A stretch of DNA of 64,000 nucleotides from the NCBI GenBank assembly GCA_949295115.1, contig CASFJU010000004.1, positions 120,153 through 184,152 of the forward strand, given 5' to 3'. Positions 9,741-19,298 of this stretch are shown piece by piece. Both the position numbers and the translations under genes were made by a program. Numbering within the stretch: the first letter of the stretch is position 1; each line of letters begins with the position of its first letter. The DNA comes from an uncultured Phascolarctobacterium sp. (lineage in GTDB: Bacteria; Bacillota; Negativicutes; Acidaminococcales; Acidaminococcaceae). The notes under the pieces are model-generated. The model was not told where the DNA came from, did no database searches, and saw nothing but the letters and a program-made list of their open reading frames with translations.

Positions 9741-11787
9741 TGTTCTCATTCTCCTCTAACTGTTTTTTCGCCAGTGCGATTATCTGTTTTTTAACTTCTT
9801 CAACACTGATATTTTTAAGCTGCACGCCGGCTACCGTCTGGTGCCCGCCGCCGCCAAGTTCTTCCATTATAATCTGCACGTTTACCGTGCCGTCGCTGCG
9901 CGCGCTTACGCCGATGGAATTGTCCGCCGTGTATTCCGTAATGACAACGCTCATACACACGCCGGTAATGTAAATCATCGTATCGGCAGCCTGCGCTGCG
10001 ATAACCGACGACCGCACTTCCTTCGGCGCGTCGTTGTAAACCGAAATCATCATGCCCGGCTCCGGCATTTCCGCTTCCGCCACAAGGCGCGATTTAATCT
10101 GCACGGAATCAAGGTCATCTTTAAACAGCTGCCTTACCATGTTCGGGTCGGCACCGCTGCGGCGCAGAAGCGCGGCCGCTTCAAAGGTACGCTCACCTGT
10201 CTGCACAGCAAAGTTTTTGGTGTCTACCACAATACCGGCATACAGCGCCGTTGCCTCGCCCTTGGTAAATTCCAGGCGGTCGTTAAAGTAGCCCACAAGC
10301 TCCGTAACCAGCTCGCTGGTCGATGACGACGACGGTTCCATATACTGCAAGGTGGTATTTTTAATAGCGTCCTCCGCCCTGCGGTGATGGTCGATGATAA
10401 TGCGCAGCGGTATTGCCTCCAGCACCTTCTGGCTGGCGCAAAGCATTTTGCGGTGATGGTCAACCAGTACCAGCAGCGACTTGGGCGTAATATGCTTCAG
10501 CGCTTCTTCTTCTTCAACCATAATATCGGCGTAAACATCGTCCTCGTCCATCAGCTTCATATCGTTGCTGCGCAGGGCTTCGGCAATTTTAGTTACCGAT
10601 TCGTTCTGCCCGCTGACGACGATGTAGGTTTCCTTATTCAGGCTGCGCGCCATCTTGGCCATGCCAATCGCACTGCCGACAGCGTCAAAATCTTCCATGG
10701 TATGCCCCATGATAAAGATTTTTTCGGCGTTGGCCATCATCTCATGCACGGTATGCGCCACAATGCGGGCACGCACGCGCGTGCTTTTGGCCGCAACGGT
10801 TGTAACGCCGCCAAAAAACTGCATGTTGCCGCCGATGGTAACAACCACCTGGTCGCCGCCGCGACCAAGTGCCAGATCAAGCGCTTTGGCTGCGTTAAGG
10901 CTTACTTCCTCAAGGCTGCGCCCGTCGCAGGAAATACCCACGCTGATAGTCGGCGTAATTTTGTTGCCGACCTGTATTTCATGTATCCTGTCAAGGACAG
11001 GGAATTTCTTTTCCATTAAATCCTGCAAAGAGGCCTGATTGATGCCAATAAGATAGCTTTCCTTATTATTGGCAAGGATGAATCCGCTTTCTTCTTCAGC
11101 CCATTTGCTCAAAACCTCGTTAACTTCGCCGGAGATATTGGCACGCGCGCTTTCAACCATGCCCTTGGTAACGTCCTCGTAGTTATCAAAACGCACATAA
11201 GCCAGGCACAGTTTTTCGTTGTCGTATTTCTGGCGCAGCAGTTCAAAATCCGTCACGTCGGTCAGGTAAAAAATCAGGCTGTAGGCTTTGCCGCCATCCT
11301 TTTTGCTGTTTCCGCCCGCAGGCACGCGGCAGTGGCGCAGCTTGTAATAACGCCCGTCAATCAAAAGCAGGCGCTCGCCGTCCTTAATGCTTAAAGTGTC
11401 AAAGGCGTTTTCCGGCAGGTCAAAAATTTCTTCCGGGCGCTTGCCGTCCACGTTCTTAACACCGGCGTAACCGGCATATTCGGCAAACAGTTCGTTTTTC
11501 CACTGCAATTTGCCGTCCTGCCCGAACACCGCCATCGCCACGTCAAGGTTCTGCACGGCGTAATGGCTGGTGCGCTCAATGTTGCGCACAATGTTGTCAA
11601 GGTAGCCGTTAAACTGGATTTCCTTATTATAAAAGCTGCGGCGGCTGTACCAGTATAAACCACCCATCGCCACAAGGCCCACAGGCAACCACCACCAGCC
11701 GTAATACGTTAAAATTACGGTAAAGCCGGCCGTAAGGCTTAACGGCACCTTCATGTCGTTCCAAAAGTTCCAGATTTTATTAAACAT
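9712..11787 (-). CDS. gdpP: c-di-AMP phosphodiesterase, DHH/DHHA1 family
   Basis: Two N-terminal TM helices, degenerate GGDEF (LGRGGDQVV), DHH motifs (DFDAVGS, VDHH, IDHHR), GGGH; conserved synteny with rplI-dnaB. Confidence 0.93.
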   Translation of the reverse strand: MFNKIWNFWNDMKVPLSLTAGFTVILTYYGWWWLPVGLVAMGGLYWYSRRSFYNKEIQFNGYLDNIVRNIERTSHYAVQNLDVAMAVFGQDGKLQWKNELFAEYAGYAGVKNVDGKRPEEIFDLPENAFDTLSIKDGERLLLIDGRYYKLRHCRVPAGGNSKKDGGKAYSLIFYLTDVTDFELLRQKYDNEKLCLAYVRFDNYEDVTKGMVESARANISGEVNEVLSKWAEEESGFILANNKESYLIGINQASLQDLMEKKFPVLDRIHEIQVGNKITPTISVGISCDGRSLEEVSLNAAKALDLALGRGGDQVVVTIGGNMQFFGGVTTVAAKSTRVRARIVAHTVHEMMANAEKIFIMGHTMEDFDAVGSAIGMAKMARSLNKETYIVVSGQNESVTKIAEALRSNDMKLMDEDDVYADIMVEEEEALKHITPKSLLVLVDHHRKMLCASQKVLEAIPLRIIIDHHRRAEDAIKNTTLQYMEPSSSSTSELVTELVGYFNDRLEFTKGEATALYAGIVVDTKNFAVQTGERTFEAAALLRRSGADPNMVRQLFKDDLDSVQIKSRLVAEAEMPEPGMMISVYNDAPKEVRSSVIAAQAADTMIYITGVCMSVVITEYTADNSIGVSARSDGTVNVQIIMEELGGGGHQTVAGVQLKNISVEEVKKQIIALAKKQLEENENNESNSVAGR

Positions 11788-11801
11788 TTTTACCGCTCCC
11801 T

Positions 11802-12752
11802 TTACAGGCTGCGTTCTTTTAATTTACGGTAGTCAAAAACGGATTCAAACGCGCCCAAAAGTTGTATAAACATTCCCAAAAGAGGAACTGTTATTACTAA
11901 AAAAACTGCAACTGTTTTTATCCACTGAGGTTGTGCTTTTTCATTCAACCACCAAAACAATACAGCAAACCCCTGAATTGTAAAGGCAAAACCAACAATA
12001 TAATATAAGTTTATTGCTAAATTCATAATTAATTCAGGTGCGTCTGCGTAAAAAGCCAATACTATCATTGCTAAACCATATGGCCAAATCAAATATTCAG
12101 GCATGCGCCATTTTGAAAAAGCCGGTAAAGATTCAAATGTAATACCTAATTTAGCAAGAATTTTACGAGTGCCCCAATAATTACACAATGCTAATAAAGG
12201 AGACGCTATAATAAGAGAGCCCGGCAAAACAATCTCCATATTAGCTACAAATTCTTTATACATATTAATAACGGCAACAATTTCTGTTTCACTCATTCCC
12301 ATAGCACGGCAATAATCTTCTATTTCTACGTAAACACGTGCTATATTTCCAAATATCATAGCAATAGGATTTAACCCTAAAACCAAAATGGATAACAATA
12401 TATCAAGAACAAAAGAAACTGCTATTGCTAATGATGTAAAGGTCAATATTTTTACAGGCTTATACCGTCTGCACATGCACTCGCCTAAAACTATTGAAGG
12501 AAATCCCCACATCGTTAAAATAAATAACGCTTTTACAGGCCCCAGCAGCGAACCAATTACCGCGCAGGCGACGATTAAAGTCATCACGCTCCAGCGCAGG
12601 CCGTTGCGCATACCACACACCGCCACAGGCACCGGCCACAGCAAATTAAACAGCGCGCCCAGCACGGGCAGATATGCGCCAAGAATGGCAAACAAAACGG
12701 CAACCGCCGCTAAAATACCGGCTTCCACCATTTCCGAAGTTTTTCTTACCAA
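11802..12752 (-). CDS. YybS/DUF2232 family membrane protein
   Basis: Highly hydrophobic 316-aa ORF with LLGAFESVFDYRK C-terminus; conserved position upstream of gdpP. Confidence 0.88.
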   Translation of the reverse strand: MVRKTSEMVEAGILAAVAVLFAILGAYLPVLGALFNLLWPVPVAVCGMRNGLRWSVMTLIVACAVIGSLLGPVKALFILTMWGFPSIVLGECMCRRYKPVKILTFTSLAIAVSFVLDILLSILVLGLNPIAMIFGNIARVYVEIEDYCRAMGMSETEIVAVINMYKEFVANMEIVLPGSLIIASPLLALCNYWGTRKILAKLGITFESLPAFSKWRMPEYLIWPYGLAMIVLAFYADAPELIMNLAINLYYIVGFAFTIQGFAVLFWWLNEKAQPQWIKTVAVFLVITVPLLGMFIQLLGAFESVFDYRKLKERSL

Positions 12753-12906
12753 AGTTTTCCTCCTTAATTAACAGGGCATATGCCCACGTAATTATATTGT
12801 ACCGCAAAAAGGCAAAAAAGCAAAGTAAAACAAAGCGGCGAAAGAGCTGTAAAAATTGGCAAATCAATGTTAAAATGAAGGTAATTAACGTTAAAGGAGC
12901 TTAACA

Positions 12907-13851
12907 ATGGCTGAAAATAAAATCTGCGGACGTTTTGCGCCGTCGCCCAGCGGCAGAATGCACCTTGGCAACATTTTTTGCGCGCTGCTGGCGTGGCTTA
13001 GCGCGCGCAGCCAAAACGGCAACATGCTTCTGCGCATTGAAGACCTTGACACCTCGCGCTGCACGGAAGAAAAAGCGCGCGTGCTGATGGATGATTTGCT
13101 GTGGCTTGGTTTGGACTGGGATTACGGAGCAGCGCCGGACAAACCTGCAGACGAATATTACCAGAGCCGCCGCAGCGGGATATATAAAAAATACTTTGAT
13201 GAGCTTGCGGCGCAGGATTTAATTTACCCCTGCTTTTGCAGCCGCGCCGAGCTGCATGCCGCCAGCGCACCGCACGCCAGCGACGGGCATTTTGTGTATC
13301 CCGGCACCTGCCGCCGTTTAACGGCGGCACAGCGCGCCGCAAAGATTGCGGGCGCGCACAAATGCGCGTGGCGCATTAAGGTGCCGGCCGCTGATGTTAC
13401 TTTTGACGATTTGCATTACGGCAGGCAAAGCCTTAACCTTGCGCGTGAATGGGGCGACTTCATCGTGCGCCGCAGCGACGGTATCTATGCGTACCAGCTT
13501 GCCGTCGTTATCGACGACGCGCTGATGAATGTCACGGAAGTTATCCGCGGCAGCGATTTATTGACTTCTACCGCGCCGCAGCTTTATCTGTACAAGCAAC
13601 TTGGTTTTAACGCGCCGCAGTTTGGGCACCTGCCGCTGCTGACAGCGCCTGACGGACGCCGCCTTGCCAAACGCGACCTTGATCTGGACATGGGCGCGCT
13701 GCGCCAGCACTACAAAACGCCTGAAGCTGTTATTGGCAAACTCGCTTTTCTTGCAGGACTGCTTGAAAAAGAAGAACCCATTAAAGCCGCTGAACTCATC
13801 CCGTTGTTTGACTGGCAAAAAGTACCGAAGGAAAATATCATAGTAAACTAA
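12907..13851 (+). CDS. gluQ: tRNA glutamyl-Q(34) synthetase GluQRS
   Basis: GRFAPSPSGRMHLGN, LRIEDLD, YPCFCSR, YQLAVVIDD, RLAKR; 314 aa with no anticodon-binding domain. Confidence 0.9.
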   Translation: MAENKICGRFAPSPSGRMHLGNIFCALLAWLSARSQNGNMLLRIEDLDTSRCTEEKARVLMDDLLWLGLDWDYGAAPDKPADEYYQSRRSGIYKKYFDELAAQDLIYPCFCSRAELHAASAPHASDGHFVYPGTCRRLTAAQRAAKIAGAHKCAWRIKVPAADVTFDDLHYGRQSLNLAREWGDFIVRRSDGIYAYQLAVVIDDALMNVTEVIRGSDLLTSTAPQLYLYKQLGFNAPQFGHLPLLTAPDGRRLAKRDLDLDMGALRQHYKTPEAVIGKLAFLAGLLEKEEPIKAAELIPLFDWQKVPKENIIVN

Positions 13852-13880
13852 AAAATCCCCCGCTTTTAGCGGGGGATTTT
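13851..13880. terminator. Bidirectional terminator
   Basis: AAAAATCCCCCGC-TTTTA-GCGGGGGATTTT hairpin between convergent genes. Confidence 0.75.
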
Positions 13881-13896
13881 GTTTTGCAGCTGTAAA

Positions 13897-15294
13897 TTAT
13901 ACGTTGAATACTTTGCCCGGGTTCAGGATGCATTTCGGGTCAAGCGCTTTTTTGATGGCGCGCATCATTTTCATTTCCACGGGGTCGGTATATTTTTCCA
14001 TAGCAGGCAGCTTCTTCGCGCCGATGCCATGTTCGCCGCTCAGGCGTCCGCCAAGGCTGTAAACATAGGCATATGCTTCGGCGTGGAACTCGCTGAGCTG
14101 TTTTTCCCATTCTTCGTCGCTCAAATCGCATTTCAGAATCTGGAAATGCAGGTTGCCGTCACCGGCATGGGCCAGGCACAACAGCTTAAAGCTGTATTTT
14201 TTGGAAACTTCGTTCAAATGCTCAATGCATTCGGCAATTTTATCAACCGGCACAACAAGGTCGTCGGAGGTGCTGATTAAGCTCAGCACGCGGGTAGATT
14301 CCAGGCAGTTGCGGCGGATTTTCCAAACGCGTTCGTCTGCTTCCAGTACATCAGTCGCGCCGCTGGCGGTGCAGATTTCGTCCAGCTGTTCCATCTTGCT
14401 TTCCAGCTCGTCCTCGCTGAAGGTTTCCACGGTAATAATTACATAGTAGCCGTCTTCGTAATGCGGCAGTTTCAGCTCGCTGTAATCGCTGGCGCTGCGC
14501 ACAAAGCCGTTGTCCATAAATTCAACGCTGGTCGGGTTCAAACCGGCTTTAATCAAATTCGGCACAACGCCGATTGCTTTGTCCAGTTCGGTAAAGATTG
14601 CCAGAATATCCAGTTTGTACGGGCACAGCGGCAAAAGCTTCAGGCTGGCTTTGGTGATAACGCCCAAAGTACCTTCGCTGCCCATGATAAGCTGCTCAAG
14701 GCAGTAGCCGGTGCTGTTCTTTTTCAGCGTCGAGCCGAGCGTTACAATATCGCCGGTCGGGGTAACGGCTTCGATAGAATAAACCTGATTGCGGGTAGTG
14801 CCATAACGCACAGCCTTGTTGCCACCGGCGTTGGTGGCAATGTTGCCGCCGATAAGGCAGCTGTCGGCGCTGCACGGGTCGCCCGCATACAAAAAGCCTT
14901 CTTTATTGGCGTATTCCTGAATTTCCAGCGTTCTGGCACCGGCTTCAACAACCATGTACATGCCTTCCTTGTTCAGCTCAAGAATTTTATCCATGCGTTC
15001 CATCAGCATTACAATGCCGCCGCAAACAGGCACTGCGCCGCAGGATACGCTGGTACCGGCGCTGCGCGGGGTAACGGGCACATCAAATTCGTTGGCAATT
15101 TTCATAACGGCCGCAACTTCTTCGGTGTTGGCCGGGGCAACTACAACCTCCGGCAGATGATGATAGTGCGGGTCGGTTTCCTCGTCGGTTTTGTATCTGT
15201 CCAGAACTTCGGGGTCGGTCATTACGTTTTCACTGCCCACTGCTTTACGCAGAGCCTCCAATACTTCTTCGGTGACCGGTTTGTAATTCATCAT
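13897..15294 (-). CDS. FAD-binding oxidoreductase, GlcD / D-lactate dehydrogenase family (copy 2)
   Basis: IGGNIATNAGG, GSEGTLG, HAGDGNLH, GEHGIG, DPKCILNPGK. Confidence 0.9.
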   Translation of the reverse strand: MMNYKPVTEEVLEALRKAVGSENVMTDPEVLDRYKTDEETDPHYHHLPEVVVAPANTEEVAAVMKIANEFDVPVTPRSAGTSVSCGAVPVCGGIVMLMERMDKILELNKEGMYMVVEAGARTLEIQEYANKEGFLYAGDPCSADSCLIGGNIATNAGGNKAVRYGTTRNQVYSIEAVTPTGDIVTLGSTLKKNSTGYCLEQLIMGSEGTLGVITKASLKLLPLCPYKLDILAIFTELDKAIGVVPNLIKAGLNPTSVEFMDNGFVRSASDYSELKLPHYEDGYYVIITVETFSEDELESKMEQLDEICTASGATDVLEADERVWKIRRNCLESTRVLSLISTSDDLVVPVDKIAECIEHLNEVSKKYSFKLLCLAHAGDGNLHFQILKCDLSDEEWEKQLSEFHAEAYAYVYSLGGRLSGEHGIGAKKLPAMEKYTDPVEMKMMRAIKKALDPKCILNPGKVFNV

Positions 15295-15325
15295 TTTCTC
15301 AAATCCTTTCTACTGTACTACAAAA

Positions 15326-16729
15326 TTAATCCATGTTAAAAATCTTACCGGGGTTCAAAATGCATTTCGGGTCCATTGCTTTTTTAATGGTACGCATTAA
15401 GTTCAGTTCGCCCGGGCGGGTATATTTTTCCATTTCTTTCAGCTTCTTCGCGCCGATGCCGTGTTCGCCCGCAAGGCGTCCGCCGATGCTGTAAGCGTAG
15501 GTATAAACCTCGTCGTGGAAGGCCTGTACGTTCTGTTCCCATTCCTCATCGGTCAAATCGCATTTGCACAGCACAATGTGCAGGTTGCCGTCGCCGACAT
15601 GGGCGCAGATAAGCGGCGTAAACGGATATTTTTCGCCGGTTTTCATAACAAATTTAACCGCATCGGCGACTTTATCGCGCGGCACAACAACGTCATCCGT
15701 CAGGGATACAAGGCTGATGAGGCGCACGCTTTCCTGGCAGTTGCGGCGCATTCTCCAGATGCGTTCGTCGGCTTCCAGCACTTCCACAGCGCCTGCTTCG
15801 GTGCAAAGCTCGTCAAGGCGTTCCATCTTCATATCCAGTTCGTCCTCGTTGTAGGTTTCAACGGTAACGATAACGTAAATGCCGTCCTCATAATGCGGCA
15901 CGTTTTTGTATTCGCAGTAATCCGCAGTGGTGCGCACATAGGTGTTGTCCATGTATTCAATGCTGGTCGGGTCAATGCCTGCTTTTAAAAGCAGCGGCAC
16001 AAGGTCAATAGCCTTGTCCGGGTCGGTAAATACGGCCACAAGGTCAAATTTATACGGGCACAGCGGCAAAAGTTTCAGCGTCGCTTTGGTAATAATGCCC
16101 AGCGTGCCCTCACTGCCCATAATAAGCTGCTCTAAGCAGTAACCGGTCGAGCATTTTTTCAAACGCGCGCCAACTTCAATAATTTCGCCCGTCGGGCTGA
16201 CAAATTCAATTTCGTGAACCTGGTCACGGGTAGTGCCGTAGCGCACGGCTTTGTTGCCGCCTGCATTGGTTGCCAGGTTGCCGCCGATGAGGCAGCTGTC
16301 GGCGCTGCACGGGTCGCCTGCGTACAGGTAGCCTGCTTCGTTGGCCATTTTCTGAATATCAATCGTCGGCACGCCTGCTTCCGTAACAAGGTACATGCCT
16401 TCGGTGTTCAGCTCCAGCACTTTGTTCAGGCGTTCCATCAAAAGCACAATGCCGCCGTAAACCGGGATAGCGCCGTCGGCAAGGCTGGTGCCTGCGCTGC
16501 GCACGGTTACGGGCACGTCAAATTTATTGGCAAGCTTCATAATTTCCGCAATTTCTTCGGCGTTAGCCGGTTTAACAACAACCTCCGGCTTGTGGAACTT
16601 GCGGCAGTCGGTTTCCTCGTCGGTCTGATAGTGTTCCAATGTTTCGGCGTCGTTCAGCACATATTCAGCGCCCACAACGCCCTTTAATGCTTCAATTACT
16701 TCTTCGGTAACGGGAGCATAAGTTTTCAT
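15326..16729 (-). CDS. FAD-binding oxidoreductase, GlcD / D-lactate dehydrogenase family (copy 1)
   Basis: Same motifs; tandem paralogue of 13897-15294. Confidence 0.9.
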   Translation of the reverse strand: MKTYAPVTEEVIEALKGVVGAEYVLNDAETLEHYQTDEETDCRKFHKPEVVVKPANAEEIAEIMKLANKFDVPVTVRSAGTSLADGAIPVYGGIVLLMERLNKVLELNTEGMYLVTEAGVPTIDIQKMANEAGYLYAGDPCSADSCLIGGNLATNAGGNKAVRYGTTRDQVHEIEFVSPTGEIIEVGARLKKCSTGYCLEQLIMGSEGTLGIITKATLKLLPLCPYKFDLVAVFTDPDKAIDLVPLLLKAGIDPTSIEYMDNTYVRTTADYCEYKNVPHYEDGIYVIVTVETYNEDELDMKMERLDELCTEAGAVEVLEADERIWRMRRNCQESVRLISLVSLTDDVVVPRDKVADAVKFVMKTGEKYPFTPLICAHVGDGNLHIVLCKCDLTDEEWEQNVQAFHDEVYTYAYSIGGRLAGEHGIGAKKLKEMEKYTRPGELNLMRTIKKAMDPKCILNPGKIFNMD

Positions 16730-16889
16730 ACTTCATCATCCTTCCATAACTGCCCCGCACAGGCGGCGCAGGCAAATACATATCTTTTATAATTATAATA
16801 CAAAATTGCATAAATTACAAAAGCGCTTACGCTGATAAAAACAAAAAATCCCTGCTGAAAAACAGGGATTTTAAAAATTTTACTTAGTT

Positions 16890-18140
16890 TTAAAAATTGC
16901 GCTGGTAGCTGATACCGATAATTTTGGTAAAGCTGTCGTGAGTGTGGGCATGACCGCCAGGTCCACCTTCTTCTCTAAAAGCAAACCTTAAATCACCAAC
17001 ATCCATCCAACCCAGTGCCAGTGCCACGGTTTGCTTTTCATCATTGTAACGTGCACCAATGGAATAAGTACGGCGGTTGCCGGTCGGCACCATAAAGTCG
17101 CCGCCGTCATAAGGAATTGAAGATTCATCATAAGCATAACCAGCCATTACAGTGTATTTATCGCTCAGCTTATGCTCGATACCGATGGCATAACGCCAAC
17201 CGTCCTCCCAGTTTTTAGCACTGTTATGCATGGTGTCAAATATTGCATTACCTGTACCACTAACCATAATATCAAGATTCTTATAAGTATCCCAACCGGT
17301 ACGCACTGCATTTAATTCCACACGGGTTCTATCATTAAACTTATGGCTGTAACCGATATGCCAGGATTCCGGCAGCGTTACCTCGCCATAAGCATCACCG
17401 GAGAGATCACCAGTATTTCCTAAAATACCCATAGAAGAAGGTACTCCATATGCATTAAAATCTGCTTCCATGGAATGCTTAATACGGCTGCGATATACAA
17501 CGCCGATTTCGTTTTTATCGTCAAAGGCATAGTTGGCAGCAGCATTCCAGCCCAAAGCATAGCTTTCGCCTTTTGTATGGGTAGGAGAACCGAATACTGT
17601 ATTTTTCTCCATAGTTAACCCAACATAGTTAACTTCAGCACCAACAGCTGCGCTCCATTTATCGTCAAATTTATGCGCAAAAACCGGCGTAACGCTTACG
17701 CCGTTCAGACGAGAAAGAAATGCATTGGTAGAAACTGCAGAATTACGTTCAAATTCAGAAACCATGGCAAAGCGGCTGAAGGCACCGATGCCAAACCAGT
17801 CTTTATCATTAATCTTTTTTACATAATAACTGCCGGGTGCAAAACCAAAATGCACACGGTTATTACCATTTTCATGGAAGTTCTCTTTGTATAAATCATA
17901 TTCACCATGCGGACTGATATAAGTAAGGCTTGCTTTAAAAGCCTCGCCGTCTACCTTGGTAATGGAAGCCGGGTTGTACGCCACGTTGGCAGCGTCGCCT
18001 TCGGCAAACATGCGCGCGCCGCCCATGGCAACGCCTTCGGCACTCCACTCGTTAATGGCAAAGCCTTCTGCACCGGCAAGCTGCGGCACGGACAGGGCGC
18101 ACAGTACGCCCATTGCGATAAGTTTATTTTTTACTTTCAC
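16890..18140 (-). CDS. OmpP1/FadL/TodX family outer-membrane transporter
   Basis: Signal peptide followed by GFAINEWSA...GGA and YNPASIT hatch motifs; beta-strand pattern; terminal aromatic residue (ISYQRNF). Confidence 0.85.
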   Translation of the reverse strand: MKVKNKLIAMGVLCALSVPQLAGAEGFAINEWSAEGVAMGGARMFAEGDAANVAYNPASITKVDGEAFKASLTYISPHGEYDLYKENFHENGNNRVHFGFAPGSYYVKKINDKDWFGIGAFSRFAMVSEFERNSAVSTNAFLSRLNGVSVTPVFAHKFDDKWSAAVGAEVNYVGLTMEKNTVFGSPTHTKGESYALGWNAAANYAFDDKNEIGVVYRSRIKHSMEADFNAYGVPSSMGILGNTGDLSGDAYGEVTLPESWHIGYSHKFNDRTRVELNAVRTGWDTYKNLDIMVSGTGNAIFDTMHNSAKNWEDGWRYAIGIEHKLSDKYTVMAGYAYDESSIPYDGGDFMVPTGNRRTYSIGARYNDEKQTVALALGWMDVGDLRFAFREEGGPGGHAHTHDSFTKIIGISYQRNF

Positions 18141-18264
18141 GTCGTCACCCCTGTTTAAATTAGTACCTGTATTTTAGTAGCTGGTACTATTGTAACATAT
18201 TTGTAAAATTTTGGCTACAAAAAAATACGCCCTCTGCAATTTGCAAAAGGCGTATTTAAAATTA

Positions 18265-19002
18265 TCAGCCGTCAATGCCGCGGCGCAATACAACCGGGCG
18301 TTGTTTTTCCCATGGTTTGTACTGCACGGTACTGCAAAATTCGTAGGCTTTGTAGCGTTTGGCAGCATCCGTTTCCTCCGCCGCTTTGGCTAAATCGCGC
18401 TCGGCAATCTCGTTGCGCGGGTAATATTTAAACGCTTCGGCGTAAATATCGCTTGCTTTGGCATCGTCACCGGCGTTATGCGCGTCCTCCGCCAAAAATT
18501 TCAGTGCAAAATATTTGTACGGGTTTACGCCGTTGTTGTCCTTTTCGGCTTCCACCATCTGCTGCGCTTCCGTAACGGCCTGTTCTTCCTTGCCTGCTTC
18601 GCGCAGCACAGTCAGGCGGCGGTAAAACATATCGCCGCGCGCGCAACTGTGAAAGGTGTGCGTATAAGCACGGGCAATGTCGTAAGCCTGCTGCAGATAA
18701 GTCAGCGCCGCTTCTTCGCTTTTTGCCAGCTTCCACACAATTTCGGCAATGTCGCGCAGGCACAAAACCTTGTGTTCCGCCTCGCTCAAGCCGTATTCCG
18801 GGTCGTCATCCATGTTTGGCTCAACCTCCACCACGGTGCTTAAAACACGCATCGCGCTTTCAGTGTCGCCCATCCAGTAAAGCGCGCGCCCCACAATAGA
18901 GCGGCAGCGCCAGTCGTTATAATCCTGTATCATACCCACCGGCACGGGATATTCGCCGTTAGCCAGGCGGGATACATAGCCCATCCATTCCTGCTGGTCC
19001 AT
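18265..19002 (-). CDS. Hypothetical TPR-like alpha-helical protein
   Basis: AAGGAGG RBS precedes ATG at 19002; Ala-rich helical repeats. Confidence 0.7.
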   Translation of the reverse strand: MDQQEWMGYVSRLANGEYPVPVGMIQDYNDWRCRSIVGRALYWMGDTESAMRVLSTVVEVEPNMDDDPEYGLSEAEHKVLCLRDIAEIVWKLAKSEEAALTYLQQAYDIARAYTHTFHSCARGDMFYRRLTVLREAGKEEQAVTEAQQMVEAEKDNNGVNPYKYFALKFLAEDAHNAGDDAKASDIYAEAFKYYPRNEIAERDLAKAAEETDAAKRYKAYEFCSTVQYKPWEKQRPVVLRRGIDG

Positions 19003-19082
19003 AATATTTACCTCCTTATATATAAACGCTTTTGTTATCATTCAGCGGTTTAATTATACCATATAATCAGCGGGGCTTAAAT

Positions 19083-19179
19083 AAAAAAAGGCTGCGGCTC
19101 ACACCGAAAGATGTGCGCACAGCAGCCTAAAATAAGGGAAAGCGTCTGTCAGGCAATGCATAAAAAATATCATTGCACA
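19083..19179 (-). ncRNA. Candidate standalone small RNA (unknown family)
   Basis: Perfect TTGACA-17-TATAAT promoter on the minus strand (19214-19186), 5' hairpin, CU-rich linker, long stem followed by a U7 tract. Confidence 0.5.
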
Positions 19180-19185
19180 ATGCAA

Positions 19186-19214
19186 ATTATACACTCCTAA
19201 CAGAGATTTGTCAA
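19186..19214 (-). promoter_or_regulatory. Consensus sigma70/sigmaA promoter
   Basis: TTGACA (19214-19209), 17 bp, TATAAT (19191-19186). Confidence 0.75.
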
Positions 19215-19298
19215 GTTTTTCTGCAAATTATTAAAATTATTAACTTTTTGTAACATTTATTACCTTCTATAAGTATCCAAACGGACTAAAGGCAAAAT

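Noticed and set aside
19156-19200. 14-codon plus-strand ORF (MHKKYHCTMQIIHS) as a type I toxin opposite the sRNA
   Set aside because: Not hydrophobic, poorly spaced RBS, no evident plus-strand promoter
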